Shown here: positions 13,157 to 25,006 of the stretch, piece by piece | How the letters are laid out: every line of letters starts with the position of its first letter | Position numbering within the stretch: the stretch's first letter is position 1 | Assembly (NCBI GenBank): GCA_002269645.1 | Contig: NIVC01001210.1 | Location: 186,001-250,000, forward strand | Length of the DNA stretch: 64,000 nucleotides | From: Macrostomum lignano | Lineage: Eukaryota | Direction of reading: 5' to 3' | Translations under genes and position numbers: made by a program | Notes under the pieces: model-generated | Seen by the model: the letters and a program-made list of their open reading frames with translations, nothing else | Database searches by the model: none | What the model was told of the DNA's origin: nothing

Positions 13157-13223
13157 AAGCGGATGCAGGACCGGGCAACTGCACCATTCTGAGAGGATTG
13201 ACCCAGCCGCACAGCATCCAGAC

Positions 13224-13633
13224 ATGCCGTTCACTCCTAGCCACCGCCTGTGCACCCTGCTGCTCTGCCTTGCTGTTCTCAGCGGCAGCTCGACCGGCTT
13301 CCTGCTGCTTAAGGAGGATTCATCAGCCACTACTGATTCCTTGACTACCCGGGCGGTGGAGGCGGCCGCTATGGCCGAGGCCTTCGCTGAAGTCGCTGAA
13401 CTGGCAGCTGTTGAAGCCAAATCGGCAACCGCTGAAGCCGCCGCCGCAGCTTCTGCAGAGAATTCCGTGGCCGAGCCAGCCCAGCGAATGCCGGTTGCCA
13501 AGCGGATGACTGGCAGCAACTTGGACGCTTTGAAGGCGAGGCTCATCGGGCGCGGCTACCTGCCTCCGGGCGCCTCCGACGAGGAACTGGCCCGGCTCGT
13601 CCGAAATCTGATCGACGTTTATAGCAGGCGCCG
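13224..13633 (+). CDS. Secreted neuropeptide precursor, exon 1 (signal peptide, Ala/Glu spacer, KR site, mature peptide up to Arg)
   Basis: Hydrophobic signal (LCTLLLCLAVLSGSSTG), dibasic KR, then MTGSNLDALKARLIGRGYLPPGASDEELARLVRNLIDVYSRR. Consensus donor CG|GTGAG at 13633/13634 in phase 2 of an Arg codon. Confidence 0.85.
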
Positions 13634-13670
13634 GTGAGCCTATCACATTTGTCGCCTGCCTGTGATCCCA

Positions 13671-14110
13671 ATTAGCACACCTCTCTCACCTGCCTGTTAT
13701 CATACAATATAATAATTAGCACACCTCTCTCACCTGCCTGTTACCATACAATATAATAATTAGCACACCTCTCTCACCTGCCTGTTATCATACAATATAA
13801 TAATTAGCACACCTCTCTCACCTGCCTGTTATCATATAATATAATAATTAGCACACCTCTCTCACCTGCCTGTTCTCATACAATATAATAATTAGCACAC
13901 CTCTCTCACATGCCTGTTATCATATAATAAATAATTAGCACACCTCTCTCACCTGCCTGTTATCATACAATATAATAATTAGCAACCCTTCGTCACCTAT
14001 CGGTTATCATGTAATAAATAATTAGCACACCTCTCTCACCTACCTATTATCATATAATAATTAGCACACCTCTCTCACCTACCTATTATCATATAATAAT
14101 TATCACACCT
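13671..14110. repeat. Intronic tandem array, 44 bp unit (ATTAGCACACCTCTCTCACCTGCCTGTTATCATACAATATAATA)
   Basis: About 10 copies filling the neuropeptide gene intron. Confidence 0.93.
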
Positions 14111-14131
14111 TTTACATACATTGCATTGCAG

Positions 14132-14150
14132 AGTGGGCCGCCGACGATAG
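14132..14150 (+). CDS. Neuropeptide precursor, exon 2 (R-V-G-R-R-R-stop: amidation Gly plus tribasic site)
   Basis: Acceptor TTGCATTGCAG ending at 14131. The exon A GTG GGC CGC CGA CGA TAG completes the phase-2 Arg codon and supplies G-RRR. AATAAA at 14470. Confidence 0.78.
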
Positions 14151-14619
14151 GCCGAAACCAAGAAGTCAACGAGAGAACAACATGTCAAAGCTGACCAAAT
14201 TATAATTCGGTACCAGCGCAGTTACTCTTGAAAGTGTTGCGCTACAAAGTAAAGAGACGGCTGTGCACTAAAAACTTTATCGCATTAATGTTTCAGTAAA
14301 ACAAAAAATACAATTAGAGAATGAGCTGACTGAAAATAGAAGAACAGCTTGGGTTATTTCTGTGCCAAGTCAGTAAGAACTGAAGTAGAACCCACCCCCC
14401 CCCCCCCAAGGAGAAGCACGGACACTGTCAATGCGCTGTCAATGCAACAAGCGTCTGTCGTATGAAAGCAATAAACGGAGCTCTGATTAAAAATACGTTG
14501 TTGAGAAATAGGAAATTTTCCGCAAGTTTAATTTCTTTTAAGAGTAAAGTTTTTAAGCAGATTTTTGATTTACATACGCCAGTTTAGTGAGCTGAGCGTC
14601 CAAAAGCAGATTCCAAAGA

Positions 14620-15810
14620 ACAGATTTATTCCAGAGAGTAGATTCCAGAAAGTAGACTCAGGTGAGCAGATCACGCAGAGTAGATTCCAGAGAGTAGACT
14701 ACGGTGAGCAGATCCTGCAGAGTAGATTCCAGAGAGTAGACTACGGTGAGCAGATCCTGCAGAGTAGATTCCAGAGAGTAGACTACGGTGAGCAGATCCT
14801 GCAGAGTAGATTCCAGAGAGTAGACTCAAGGTGAGCAGATCCTGCAGAGTAGATTCCAGAGAGTAGACTACGGTGAGCAGATCCTGCAGAGTAGATTCCA
14901 GAGAGTAGACTACGGTGAGCAGATCCTGCAGAGTAGATTCCAGAGAGTAGACTCAAGGTGAGCAGATCCTGCAGAGTAGATTCCAGAGAGTAGACTACGG
15001 TGAGCAGATCATGCAGAGTAGATTCCAGAAAGTAGACTCAGGTGAGCAGATCCTGCAGAGTAGATTCCAGAGAGTAGACTACGGTGAGCAGATCCTGCAG
15101 AGTAGATTCCAGAAAGTAGACTCAGGTGAGCAGATCACGCAGAGTAGATTCCAGAAAGTAGACTCAGGTGAGCAGATCCTGCAGAGTAGATTCCAGAAAG
15201 TAGACTCAGGTGAGCAGATCCTGGAGAGTAGATTCCAGAAAGTAGACTCAGGTGAGCAGATCCTGCAGAGTAGATTCCAGAGAGTAGACTCAAGGTGAGC
15301 AGATCCTGCAGAGTAGATTCCAGAGAGTAGACTCAGGTGAGCAGATCCTGCAGAGTAGATTCCAGAGAGTAGACTCAAGGTGAGCAGATCCTGCAGAGTA
15401 GATTCCAGAGAGTAGACTACGGTGAGCAGATCCTGCAGAGTAGATTCCAGAAAGTAGATTCCAGAGAGTAGACTACGGTGAGCAGATCCTGCAGAGTAGA
15501 TTCCAGAGAGTAGACTCAAGGTGAGCAGATCCTGCAGAGTAGATTCCAGAGAGTAGACTACGGTGAGCAGATCCTGCAGAGTAGATTCCAGAGAGTAGAC
15601 TACGGTGAGCAGATCCTGCAGAGTAGATTCCAGAGAGTAGACTCAAGGTGAGCAGATCCTGCAGAGTAGATTCCAGAGAGTAGACTACGGTGAGCAGATC
15701 CCGCAGAGTAGATTCCAGAGAGTAGACTCAAGGTGAGCAAATCACGCAGAGTAGACTCAGGTGAGCAGATCCCGCAGAGTAGATTCCAGAGAGTAGACTC
15801 AGGAGAGCAG
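14620..15810. repeat. Tandem array, 42 bp unit (GAGTAGATTCCAGAGAGTAGACTACGGTGAGCAGATCCTGCA)
   Basis: About 28 copies with TACG/CAAG/CAG variants. Confidence 0.95.
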
Positions 15811-16369
15811 ATTCAGTAGATTAGATTGTTGTCGAGCAGAATGCGATGAAAGTAGTTGTAAAAGAAGGTCAGACAATAATTATTCGATGGCCAAAACACT
15901 CATCTGATTTAAACAATCTTCAAAAGCAGTTGCCGTATCAAAGGGAACTGACACTGAGTGATCGTGTCTGTTGGGCTCGGGGCTAATCCGGCCAGGTGAT
16001 TATAGAGACCATTAAAGACTCGTGTTTAACCCTCAGATAGTCAAAGCTCTGTTAATTTCATGAAAACAACGCCCCCAGATTGAAAGGAGGCTTCAGGGCC
16101 CGCTAATTGTTTTAGCACCTTCGGGAGAGCTTTGATTATGCTGAAAGCAGCAGCAATCTGCTTTCTGTCCGGAATTCATTGCCGTGTCTCTCACGCTCCG
16201 CTTCTGTTCTGCATAGCCGCCTCGCACTTGCTCCGTGAGTCCTCACTGATCCGCTCTTGCTTACGGACTCTCATCTCTTTCATCCTGATCCCCTCAACTC
16301 TGACCCCATAACCTCGCTCTACTTTACACAAATATTCTCTGTGTAGCTCTACTTTGATCAAATCTCAAT

Positions 16370-17160
16370 ACCCAAATCTACCCTACCCGATTTTACTCTA
16401 CCCAAGTCTACTCTGCAAGACTTTACTCTACCCGACTCTACTCTACCCTAATCTACTCTACCCGACTCTACCTCTACCCGAATCTACTCTACCCTAATCT
16501 ACTCTACCCTAATCTACTCTACCCGACTCTACTCTACCCGACTCTACCCGACTCTACTCTACCCGAATCTACTCTACCCTAATCTACTCTACCCGACTCT
16601 ACTTTACCCGACTCTACTCTACCCGACTCTACTCTACCCGACTCTACTCTACCCGACTCTACTCTACCCGACTCTACTCTACCCGACTCTACTCTACCCG
16701 ACTCTACTCTACCCGACTCTACTCTACCCGACTCTACTCTACCCGACTCTACTCTACCCGACTCTACTCTACCCGACTCTACTCTACCCGACTCTACTCT
16801 ACCCGACTCTACTCTACCCGACTCTACTCTACCCGACTCTACTCTACCCGACTCTACTCTACCCGACTCTACTCTACCCGACTCTACTCTACCCGACTCT
16901 ACTCTACCCGACTCTACTCTACCGGACTCTACTCTACCCGACTCTACTCTACCCGACTCTACTCTACCCGACTCTACTCTACCCTAATCTACTCTACCCT
17001 AATCTACTCTACTTGACTCTACTCTGCCTGACTCTACTCTACTCAAATATACTCTACAATACTCTACTCCAATTGGCCCTACCCTAATCGAATCTACTCT
17101 GCTTGACTATACTCTACCGGCTATACTCTACTTGACTTGACTCTACTTTACCCGACTAGC
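16370..17160. repeat. Tandem array, 15 bp unit (ACTCTACCCGACTCT)
   Basis: Homogeneous core with degenerate flanks. Confidence 0.95.
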
Positions 17161-17622
17161 TCGTATCTGGCAATCTGATTACAGCCCTTCACTACAGTAG
17201 TGAGCTATCACAAATTGAAGTTACTAACTTTAAAACCTGAAAGATTTTTAAAGCCGTATAAAGGTGTAGTATTTAACCCTATCTTTAGCCTTTAACGCTA
17301 GCCCTAGCTCTTAGCTCTTTACTTTAGCCCTAGTCGTTACCAATGAAAATTAGCAAACAAAGTTTGGTTGCAACGCGAACCATGGCAGCTCTGACAATAA
17401 TTTCGATGAGTCACTGAGCTTTTCATCTGGGCTAAATAAATGATACACGATCGGCAGTTCGGAGTTAACGAAAATTAATTCGCGTTTTCTGTCGCTCTCT
17501 CTCTCTTTCTCTCTCTCTCACACAGCATCCACTGCAACCATGCTGGCTCATACCAGCGGGAGCCACCCCATCCGTGTAGCAGATCCGCCCACGCTTTGTT
17601 TGGGCTCGAGAAGCAGCATCCT

Positions 17623-17702
17623 ATGCTACATCATCCCCCACCCCCAACAGTCTGTCTAGCGGTGGGCGGGGAAGGCGGGGGGAGTCAACAACAACTCTGC
17701 AG
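17623..17702 (+). CDS. Possible upstream coding exon of the KDAK-repeat protein gene
   Basis: Acceptor after the CT tract at 17525, ATG at 17623, donor AG|GTAGAC at 17702/17703. Phase 2 is compatible with the exon at 19648. No homology support; this may be a 5' UTR exon. Confidence 0.3.
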
Positions 17703-17769
17703 GTAGACTAAATTTTACATTTTCAATTTGTTCGGGACTGATTGCGTTTGTGGAGGCGGACTGCAATGA

Positions 17770-19430
17770 TTCCGGACGAGAATGATTCAGGGGGGATTCT
17801 GGATTCTGGCAGGCAAGATTTAAAATAAGAACGATCAGGGAGAGAACGATTCAGAGGGGGGAGAAAATGATTTAGGAAGGGATGGTTCAGGCCTACAATG
17901 ATTCAGGACGAGAATGATTCAGGAAGAGAATGATTCAGGGGGGATTCTGGATTCTGGCAGGCAAAGATTTAAAATAAGAACGATCAGGGAGAGAACGATT
18001 CAGAGGGGGGAGAAAATGATTTAGGAAGAGAATGATTCTGAAAGAAAATGATTAAAGAAGAGAATAATTCAGGACATGATTCAGGAAGAGAATGGTTCAG
18101 GAAGAGAATGATTCACGACAAGACTGATTCAGGAGGAGAATGATTCAGGAAGAGAATGATTCAGGAAGAGAGAATCAGGAAGAGAGATTCAGGAAGAGAG
18201 TGATTCAGGAAGAGAGTGATTCACGAAGAGAATGATTCAGGAAGAGAATGATTCAGGAATATAATTATTTAGGAAGAGAATGATTCAGGAGGAGAATGAT
18301 TCAGGAAGAGAATGATTCAGGAAGAGAGAATCAGGAAGAGAGATTCAGGAAGAGAGTGATTCAGGAAGAGAGTGATTCACGAAGAGAATGATTCACGAAG
18401 AGAATGATTCAGGAAGATAATTATTTAGGAAGAGAATGATTCAGGAAGAGAATGATTCAGGAAGAGAATGATTCAGGACAAGACTGATTCCGGAAGAGAA
18501 TGATTCAGGAAGATAATTATTTAGGAGGAGAATGATTCAGGAAGAGAATGATTCACGAAGAGAATGATTCAGGACAAGACTGATTCAGGAAGAGAGATTC
18601 AGGAAGAGAGATTCAGGAAGAGAATGATTCAGGAAGATAATTATTTAGGAGGAGAATGATTCAGGAAGAGAATGATTCACGAAGAGAATGATTCAGGACA
18701 AGACTGATTCAGGAAGAGAGATTCAGGAAGAGAGATTCAGGAAGAGAGATTCAGGAAGATAATTATTCAGGAAGAGAGATTCAGGAAGAGAATGATTCAG
18801 GAAGAGAGTGATTCACGAAGAGAATGATTCAGGAAGAGAATGATTCAGGAAGATAATTATTTAGGAAGAGAATGATTCAGGAAGAGAATGATTCAGGAAG
18901 AGAGATTCAGGAAGAGAATGATTCAGGAAGATAATTATTTAGGAAGAGAATGATTCAGGAAGATAATTATTCAGGAAGAGAGATTCAGGAAGAGAATGAT
19001 TCAGGAAGAGAGATTCAGGAAGAGAGATTCAGGAAGAGAATGATTCAGGAAGATAATTATTTAGGAAGAGAATGATTCAGGAAGATAATTATTCAGGAAG
19101 AGAGATTCAGGAAGAGAATGATTCAGGAAGATAATTATTCAGGAAGAGAATGATTCAGGAAGATAATTATTCAGGAAGAGAGATTCAGGAAGAGAGATTC
19201 AGGAAGAGAATGATTCAGGAAGATAATTATTCAGGAAGAGAGATTCAGGAAGAGAGATTCAGGAAGAGAGATTCAGGAAGAGAATGATTCAGGAAGATAA
19301 TTATTCAGGAAGATAATTATTCAGGAAGAGAGATTCAGGAAGAGAGATTCAGGAAGAGAGATTCAGGAAGAGAATGATTCAGGAAGATAATTATTCAGGA
19401 AGAGAGATTCAGGAAGAGAATGATTCAGAA
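17770..19430. repeat. Purine-rich tandem array, ~14-16 bp unit (ATTCAGGAAGAGAATG and variants)
   Basis: About 100 copies with GATAATTAT and GACAAGACTG variants. Confidence 0.94.
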
Positions 19431-19647
19431 CTAGAATGATTCGGGGCTAGAATGAGCTGTCTTGTCTTGATACAATTTAATAGTTATGCTTTATCACAAC
19501 GAGAAAAGTATCCAAGTCAAATTTTCGCAAGCAAACGGCTCTGTGCCACAGACAGTTTCTATAGCTATTAATATAATTTTCCCCTAATCTGATGAAATTA
19601 TAATGAACGCAAATACATAGAGAAGATACACTCGGCAAATTCAATAG

Positions 19648-19980
19648 AAAGGCCGTCATGTCTGAGGAAGGATTTTACTTGGTGATGCTAGCTAAGAGAG
19701 ACGCGGCAGAGACAGCCCTGTGGCAGTGCTACAACCAGCTGTTCACCAAGCTGGGCTACTTCAACAAGCACCAGGTCACCATAGACGGCAAAAGCGTGCC
19801 GCTGACGCAGGAGACGATGGCAACAACAGTTGACGGGCATGTGACCAAGGGAAACAGGGACGGGTTCTTTATTTTTCGTCAGCACTTTATACACGTGTTT
19901 GAGGATGGCAGCCTCATGCTGCAGCTCATCAAGGATGCTTGCACTGCGCTGGAGAAACCAATGGGCCAACTGAATGACAA
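19648..19980 (+). CDS. Uncharacterised protein, internal or first coding exon (MSEEGFYLVMLAKRDAAETALWQCYNQLF...)
   Basis: Acceptor TAG at 19645-19647 and donor AA|GTGAG at 19980/19981. GC3-rich codons. Phase 2 joins the exon at 23207. Confidence 0.78.
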
Positions 19981-20119
19981 GTGAGAATGAGTTCTTTATG
20001 ATTTTTGACGCAACTAAAGCATCTCACCGCCCTATCCTCCATTCTCTCGTTGTCTTTCTCACTTACATGTTATTTTCCCAGTCTGTCAGTTTGCAGATCA
20101 CACTCATGATTTTGACATC

Positions 20120-21630
20120 AAACCTCCTCTCTCACCTCTCTCACCTCTCTCTCACTCTCTCACCTCTCTCTCACTCTCTCACCTCTCTCACTCTCTCACC
20201 TCTCTCTCACACTCTCTCACCTCTCTCATCTCTCTCACCTCTCTCTCACCTCTCTCATCTCTCTCACCTCTCTCACCTCTCTCTCACACTCTCTCATCTC
20301 TCTCACCTCTCTCACCTCTCTCTCACACTCTCTCACCTCTCTCACTCTCTCACCTCTCTCTCACCTCTCTCATCTCTCTCATCTCTCTCACCTCTCTCTC
20401 ACCTCTCTCACCTCTCTCTCACCTCTCTCTCACCTCTCTCATCTCTCTCATCTCTCTCACCTCTCTCACCTCTCTCACTCTCTCTCACTCTCTCACCTCT
20501 CTCACTCTCTCTCACTCTCTCACCTCTCTCTCACTCTCTCACCTCTCTCACCTCTCTCTCACTCTCTCACCTCTCTCTCACTCTCTCACCTCTCTCATCT
20601 CTCTCACCTCTCTCTCACCTCTCTCATCTCTCTCACCTCTCTCTCACCTTTCTCACCTCTCTCTCACCTCTCTCTCACCTCTCTCATCTCTCTCACCTCT
20701 CTCTCACCTCTCTCTCACCTCTCTTTCACTTCTCTCTCACCTCTCTCTCACCTCTCTCATCTCTCTCACCTCTCTCTCACCTCTCTCGTCTCTCTCACCT
20801 CTCTCTCTCTCTCTCTCACCTCTCTTTCACCTCTCTCACCTCTCTCTCACCTCTCTCTCACCTCTCTCATCTCTCTCACCTCTCTCTCACCTCTCTCTCA
20901 CCTCTCTCTCACCTCTCTCTCACCTCTCTTTCACCTCTCTCACCTCTCTCTCACCTCTCTCATCTCTCTCACCTCTCTCTCACCTCTCTCTCACCTCTCT
21001 GTCACCTCTCTCTCACCTCTCTCTCACCTCTCTCATCTCTCTCACCTCTCTCACCTCTCTCACTCTCTCTCACTCTCTCACCTCTCTCACTCTCTCTCAC
21101 TCTCTCACCTCTCTCTCACTCTCTCACCTCTCTCACCTCTCTCTCACTCTCTCACCTCTCTCTCACTCTCTCACCTCTCTCATCTCTCTCACCTCTCTCT
21201 CACCTCTCTCATCTCTCTCACCTCTCTCTCACCTTTCTCACCTCTCTCTCACCTCTCTCTCACCTCTCTCATCTCTCTCACCTCTCTCTCACCTCTCTCT
21301 CACCTCTCTTTCACTTCTCTCTCACCTCTCTCTCACCTCTCTCATCTCTCTCACCTCTCTCTCACCTCTCTCATCTCTCTCACCTCTCTCTCTCTCTCTC
21401 TCTCACCTCTCTTTCACCTCTCTCACCTCTCTCTCACCTCTCTCTCACCTCTCTCATCTCTCTCACCTCTCTCTCACCTCTCTCTCACCTCTCTCTCACC
21501 TCTCTCTCACCTCTCTTTCACCTCTCTCACCTCTCTCTCACCTCTCTCATCTCTCTCACCTCTCTCTCACCTCTCTCTCACCTCTCTGTCACCTCTCTCT
21601 CACCTCTCTCTCACCTCTCTCATCTCTCTC

Positions 21631-21664
<34 letters not shown>

Positions 21665-21885
21665 TCTCTTTCACCTCTCTCACCTCTCTCTCACCTCTCT
21701 CTCACCTCTCTCATCTCTCTCACCTCTCTCACCTCTCTCACCTCTCTCTCACCTCTCTCATCTCTCTCACCTCTCTCTCACCTCTCTCACCTCTCTCTCA
21801 CCTCTCTCACCTCTCTCTCACCTCTCTCATCTCTCTCACCTCTCTCTCGCCTCTCTCATCTCTCTTACCCCTCTCTCACATCTCT
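20120..21885. repeat. CT-rich compound micro/minisatellite (CTCTCTCAC-type)
   Basis: Low-complexity tract inside the intron; the 667-aa L/S/H/P ORF is an artefact. Confidence 0.95.
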
Positions 21886-22499
21886 CAGATATTTTTCTGA
21901 CTTCTCTAGCCGCTCCTAGACTCGCTTATTCATGTCTTCCCATTACCGGATGTCATTCTGCCGTGATCTCACTTTAACAATAAAACCAAGCCTTTTAGAG
22001 CTTTCACCACTCAGCTGATTGTCCCTGAATTCTCTCCCTCACACACACACTCGCACATCCCACTGCTCCCACCCGTCTCTCCATCTCCACTTCAGTCTTG
22101 CACTTAGCTCTCAATTTTAGTCTCGCTTCAGTAAATACCGACGTCATGCAGTTAATTTGATGGCCTTCACTATAAAAATAATTAGCACAAAAGTATGCTA
22201 AATTCGCAGTGAATAGCACCCTTGCATTAAGGCCGCCTCACTAAATATTGTGTTGAATCGACAGTCCCATATTCTTAATAAAAATGGTCTATATGCAATG
22301 AATTCCTCGGCAATGCCTAAAAAGTCCCATTCGAAATAGCTAACGAAACAATGGTTCTCGTTATTATTACCTCGCATCAGCTGTATTTTTATTATAATTA
22401 AAGCCTACTGCGTATTGCATCAGCGTTTGCTTTGTTCAGAGTGTCTTTCTAGAAAGAACATGTCAGTATTGTTGTGACGCCTGTTCTGTCGTGAAGACC

Positions 22500-22775
22500 G
22501 TTATGTCAGGTGGCCGTTCTGTCAGATGGCCGTTCTGTCAGATGGCCGTTCTGTCAGTTGGCCGTTCTGTCAGATGGCCGATCTGTCAGTTGGCCCTTCT
22601 GTCAGATGGCCGTTCTGTCAGTTGGCCGTTCTGTCAGATGGCCGTTCTGTCAGTTGGCCCTTCTGTCAGATGGCCGTTCTGTCAGTTGGCCGTTCTGTCA
22701 AATGGCCGTTCTGTCAGATGGCCGTTCTGTCAGGTGGCCGTTCTGTCAGATGGCCGTTCTGTCAGGTGGCCGTTT
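22500..22775. repeat. Tandem array, 16 bp unit (GATGGCCGTTCTGTCA)
   Basis: About 17 copies. Confidence 0.93.
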
Positions 22776-23206
22776 TAGCGTTGCTGGCGTGAAACAAATC
22801 ATTTAAACAAAATCTACTACAATTTTTAATAAAAACAGCCGCATATTCATGTTGGAATCGGCATTGGAACGTATTTGCGACTCGACGCTTTACTTGCTAC
22901 TTACTTGAGTAGCTAGAAAAGATTCCACTGAAACAGAGAACAGCGGAATCGCTTATTTTGTTTCTTGTAAAGGTGTGATCTTCTCGGATATCAAGCACGG
23001 AGGTCGCATTGACTGTTTTTCACCGTTGGCAGCAGAACTTTCACCCCGATGAACAATTTAGACTTGTCTTTAAAATTATTTAATCCTCAGCAACCCTTAG
23101 CAATCTCTGCTATTGACTGGCTAGGATGGCTCATATAGCACTCTTGGTCTTGGTAGGTTTAATCTGACATGTACTAACTAATCAACTGCAAACTATCCAT
23201 TGCCAG

Positions 23207-23951
23207 ACAGGCGGCCTTCGCTTCTAAGAGCAACCCGCTGCTGCGCACAGTCTACTGGTACATCGACAAGCACTTCATCACTCAGCTGCCGCCAGCTCAA
23301 CAGGCTTCGTTCACCGTAGACTGTCTGATGTTTGGAGAATGGGAGTGCAAGAGCTTCAATCTCATCGGCATGCACCTGGTTGCGCTGGCCTGCATGCTGG
23401 AAGCGAAGGAGCTCGCCACATTCCTACCGCCGGAGGCTGCCAAGCATGCAGCGGTGGTCAATCCGTACTTTAAAGGCTTCCTGGCGAAGAAGGCGATCAC
23501 ATTGTCCATCAGTTTCAAGGATGTCAGAACTCCAGTTGGCGGGTCCGGAGCTGGTGCCGGGACAGCGAAGACTTTGGACAAGGGGGCCAATGACAAGAAG
23601 GCTGGCAAGGAGGCCAAGGACGCGAAGGACAAGGACGCGAAGGGAAAAGACGCGAAGGGCAAAGACGCCAAGGACAAGGACGGGAAAGGCAAAGACGCAA
23701 AGGGAAAAGATGCGAAGGACAAGGACGCGAAAGAAAAAGATGCGAAGGGAAAAGACGCGAAAGGCAAAGAGGCGAAGGACAAGGATGCGAAAGGAAAAGA
23801 CGCGAAAGGCAAAGACGTTAAAGCCAAAGACGCAAAGGACAAGGACGCGAAGAGCAAGGACGCAAAAGGCAAAGATGCTAAAGGAAAAGATGCGAAAGGC
23901 AAAGATGCGAAGGGAAAAGACGCAAAGGCAAAGACTCCCGCAAAGAAGTAA
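23207..23951 (+). CDS. Uncharacterised protein, terminal exon with ~21 A-K-x-K-D pentapeptide repeats
   Basis: Acceptor TTGCCAG ending at 23206. The frame is open from 23208 (QAAFASKSNPLLRTVYWYIDKHFI...) to TAA at 23949-23951. Repeat codons vary synonymously while the amino acids are kept. Confidence 0.82.
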
Positions 23952-24451
23952 TGGCAACTGGTAAAATGATCGAGATTGAATTGAACTTAGAGCGTAGAGC
24001 GCAGCGGACGTATGATGTAGTCAAGCGTGCAAGTTTACACTATTCATTTATTAGGCATGTCGCATAATGCATAGAACTAAATAATACAAACAAATCGATT
24101 TTTATTATACAGGCGATTAATATAGCGTCTTTTTGATGGGTTTCAAATTTCTACTGAAAAAGTACGAGTAGCTAATATTAAATATAAGTAAAGGTTTGAG
24201 ATTGATGACATAGCTCTTGCGCCTTGCCACATTTTCCTGTGTCTACTCCTCCCGCTTTAAATGTTAAATCTAGTAAAACAAATTAAAGCACTACGCTCGT
24301 GTGCGGAAATTTTTGTGGGCCGAATTCAACTCGCATTTCTAGAAATTGAGAATTTGGTCTATTCTGTCCAGGCCAGCTCGTACATGCAAACTGAAACCTC
24401 CAATGCACTTGAAGCTTCGATGTTGCGAGATTTCGAGTTCAATTCGGTGAG

Positions 24452-24895
24452 TCACAGTGCTCCCCCCGAGTCGTTTTTGCTTCCGCTAGCCCTGCTTCCA
24501 TCTCCGTCACCGCCTCCGCCGCCCAGCGACACTCTCGATGGAACCCTAGACGGCATGCTCGCGTTGAGCATAGCGACGAACTCGGCATAGTCGATGCAAC
24601 CGTCGCCGTTGATGTCGACCTCTCGGAGCATTTCTTCCACCTCAGCGTCCTCGTACTCGTGGCCGAGGCCGTCTAGTACGGCCTTCAGCTCCGGCGCTGA
24701 TATATAACCGTTGCGGTCCTTGTCAAACACGTGGAACGCAGCCAGCAGTTCGTCCTCTGAGTCGTCGGCGTGCGTCTGATCCGCCTGGTGCTGCTTTTTG
24801 CCGGCGCGCTTCCTCGGGTCGGACTTCATCAGCTGGATGAACTCCTCGAACTCGATAGTCCCGTTGCCGTCCTTGTCAATGCGACGGAGCATATC
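24452..24895 (-). CDS. Calmodulin-like protein, exon 3 (EF-hands 2-4 plus C-terminal tail)
   Basis: EF loops DKDGNGTIEFEE, DKDRNGYISAPE and DINGDGCIDYAE. Acceptor AG at 24897-24896, phase 0. Confidence 0.92.
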   Translation of the reverse strand, partial: DMLRRIDKDGNGTIEFEEFIQLMKSDPRKRAGKKQHQADQTHADDSEDELLAAFHVFDKDRNGYISAPELKAVLDGLGHEYEDAEVEEMLREVDINGDGCIDYAEFVAMLNASMPSRVPSRVSLGGGGGDGDGSRASGSKNDSGGAL

Positions 24896-25006
24896 CTATT
24901 GAGTTGTGTGGAATTTGGATCTACATATGATGGGAGACTGACATCGATACGACTGCACTTTTCTACCAGTGGTTCTATTCCAAATAATTCAATCACGGAC
25001 TACATA

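Noticed and set aside
13224-13637. Single-exon 137-aa protein ending SRRR as in the ORF track
   Set aside because: A consensus donor overlaps the stop codon, and a phase-matched downstream exon supplies G-RRR, so the spliced model is favoured.
19974-21977. 667-aa Leu/Ser/His ORF
   Set aside because: CT-rich microsatellite within a predicted intron.
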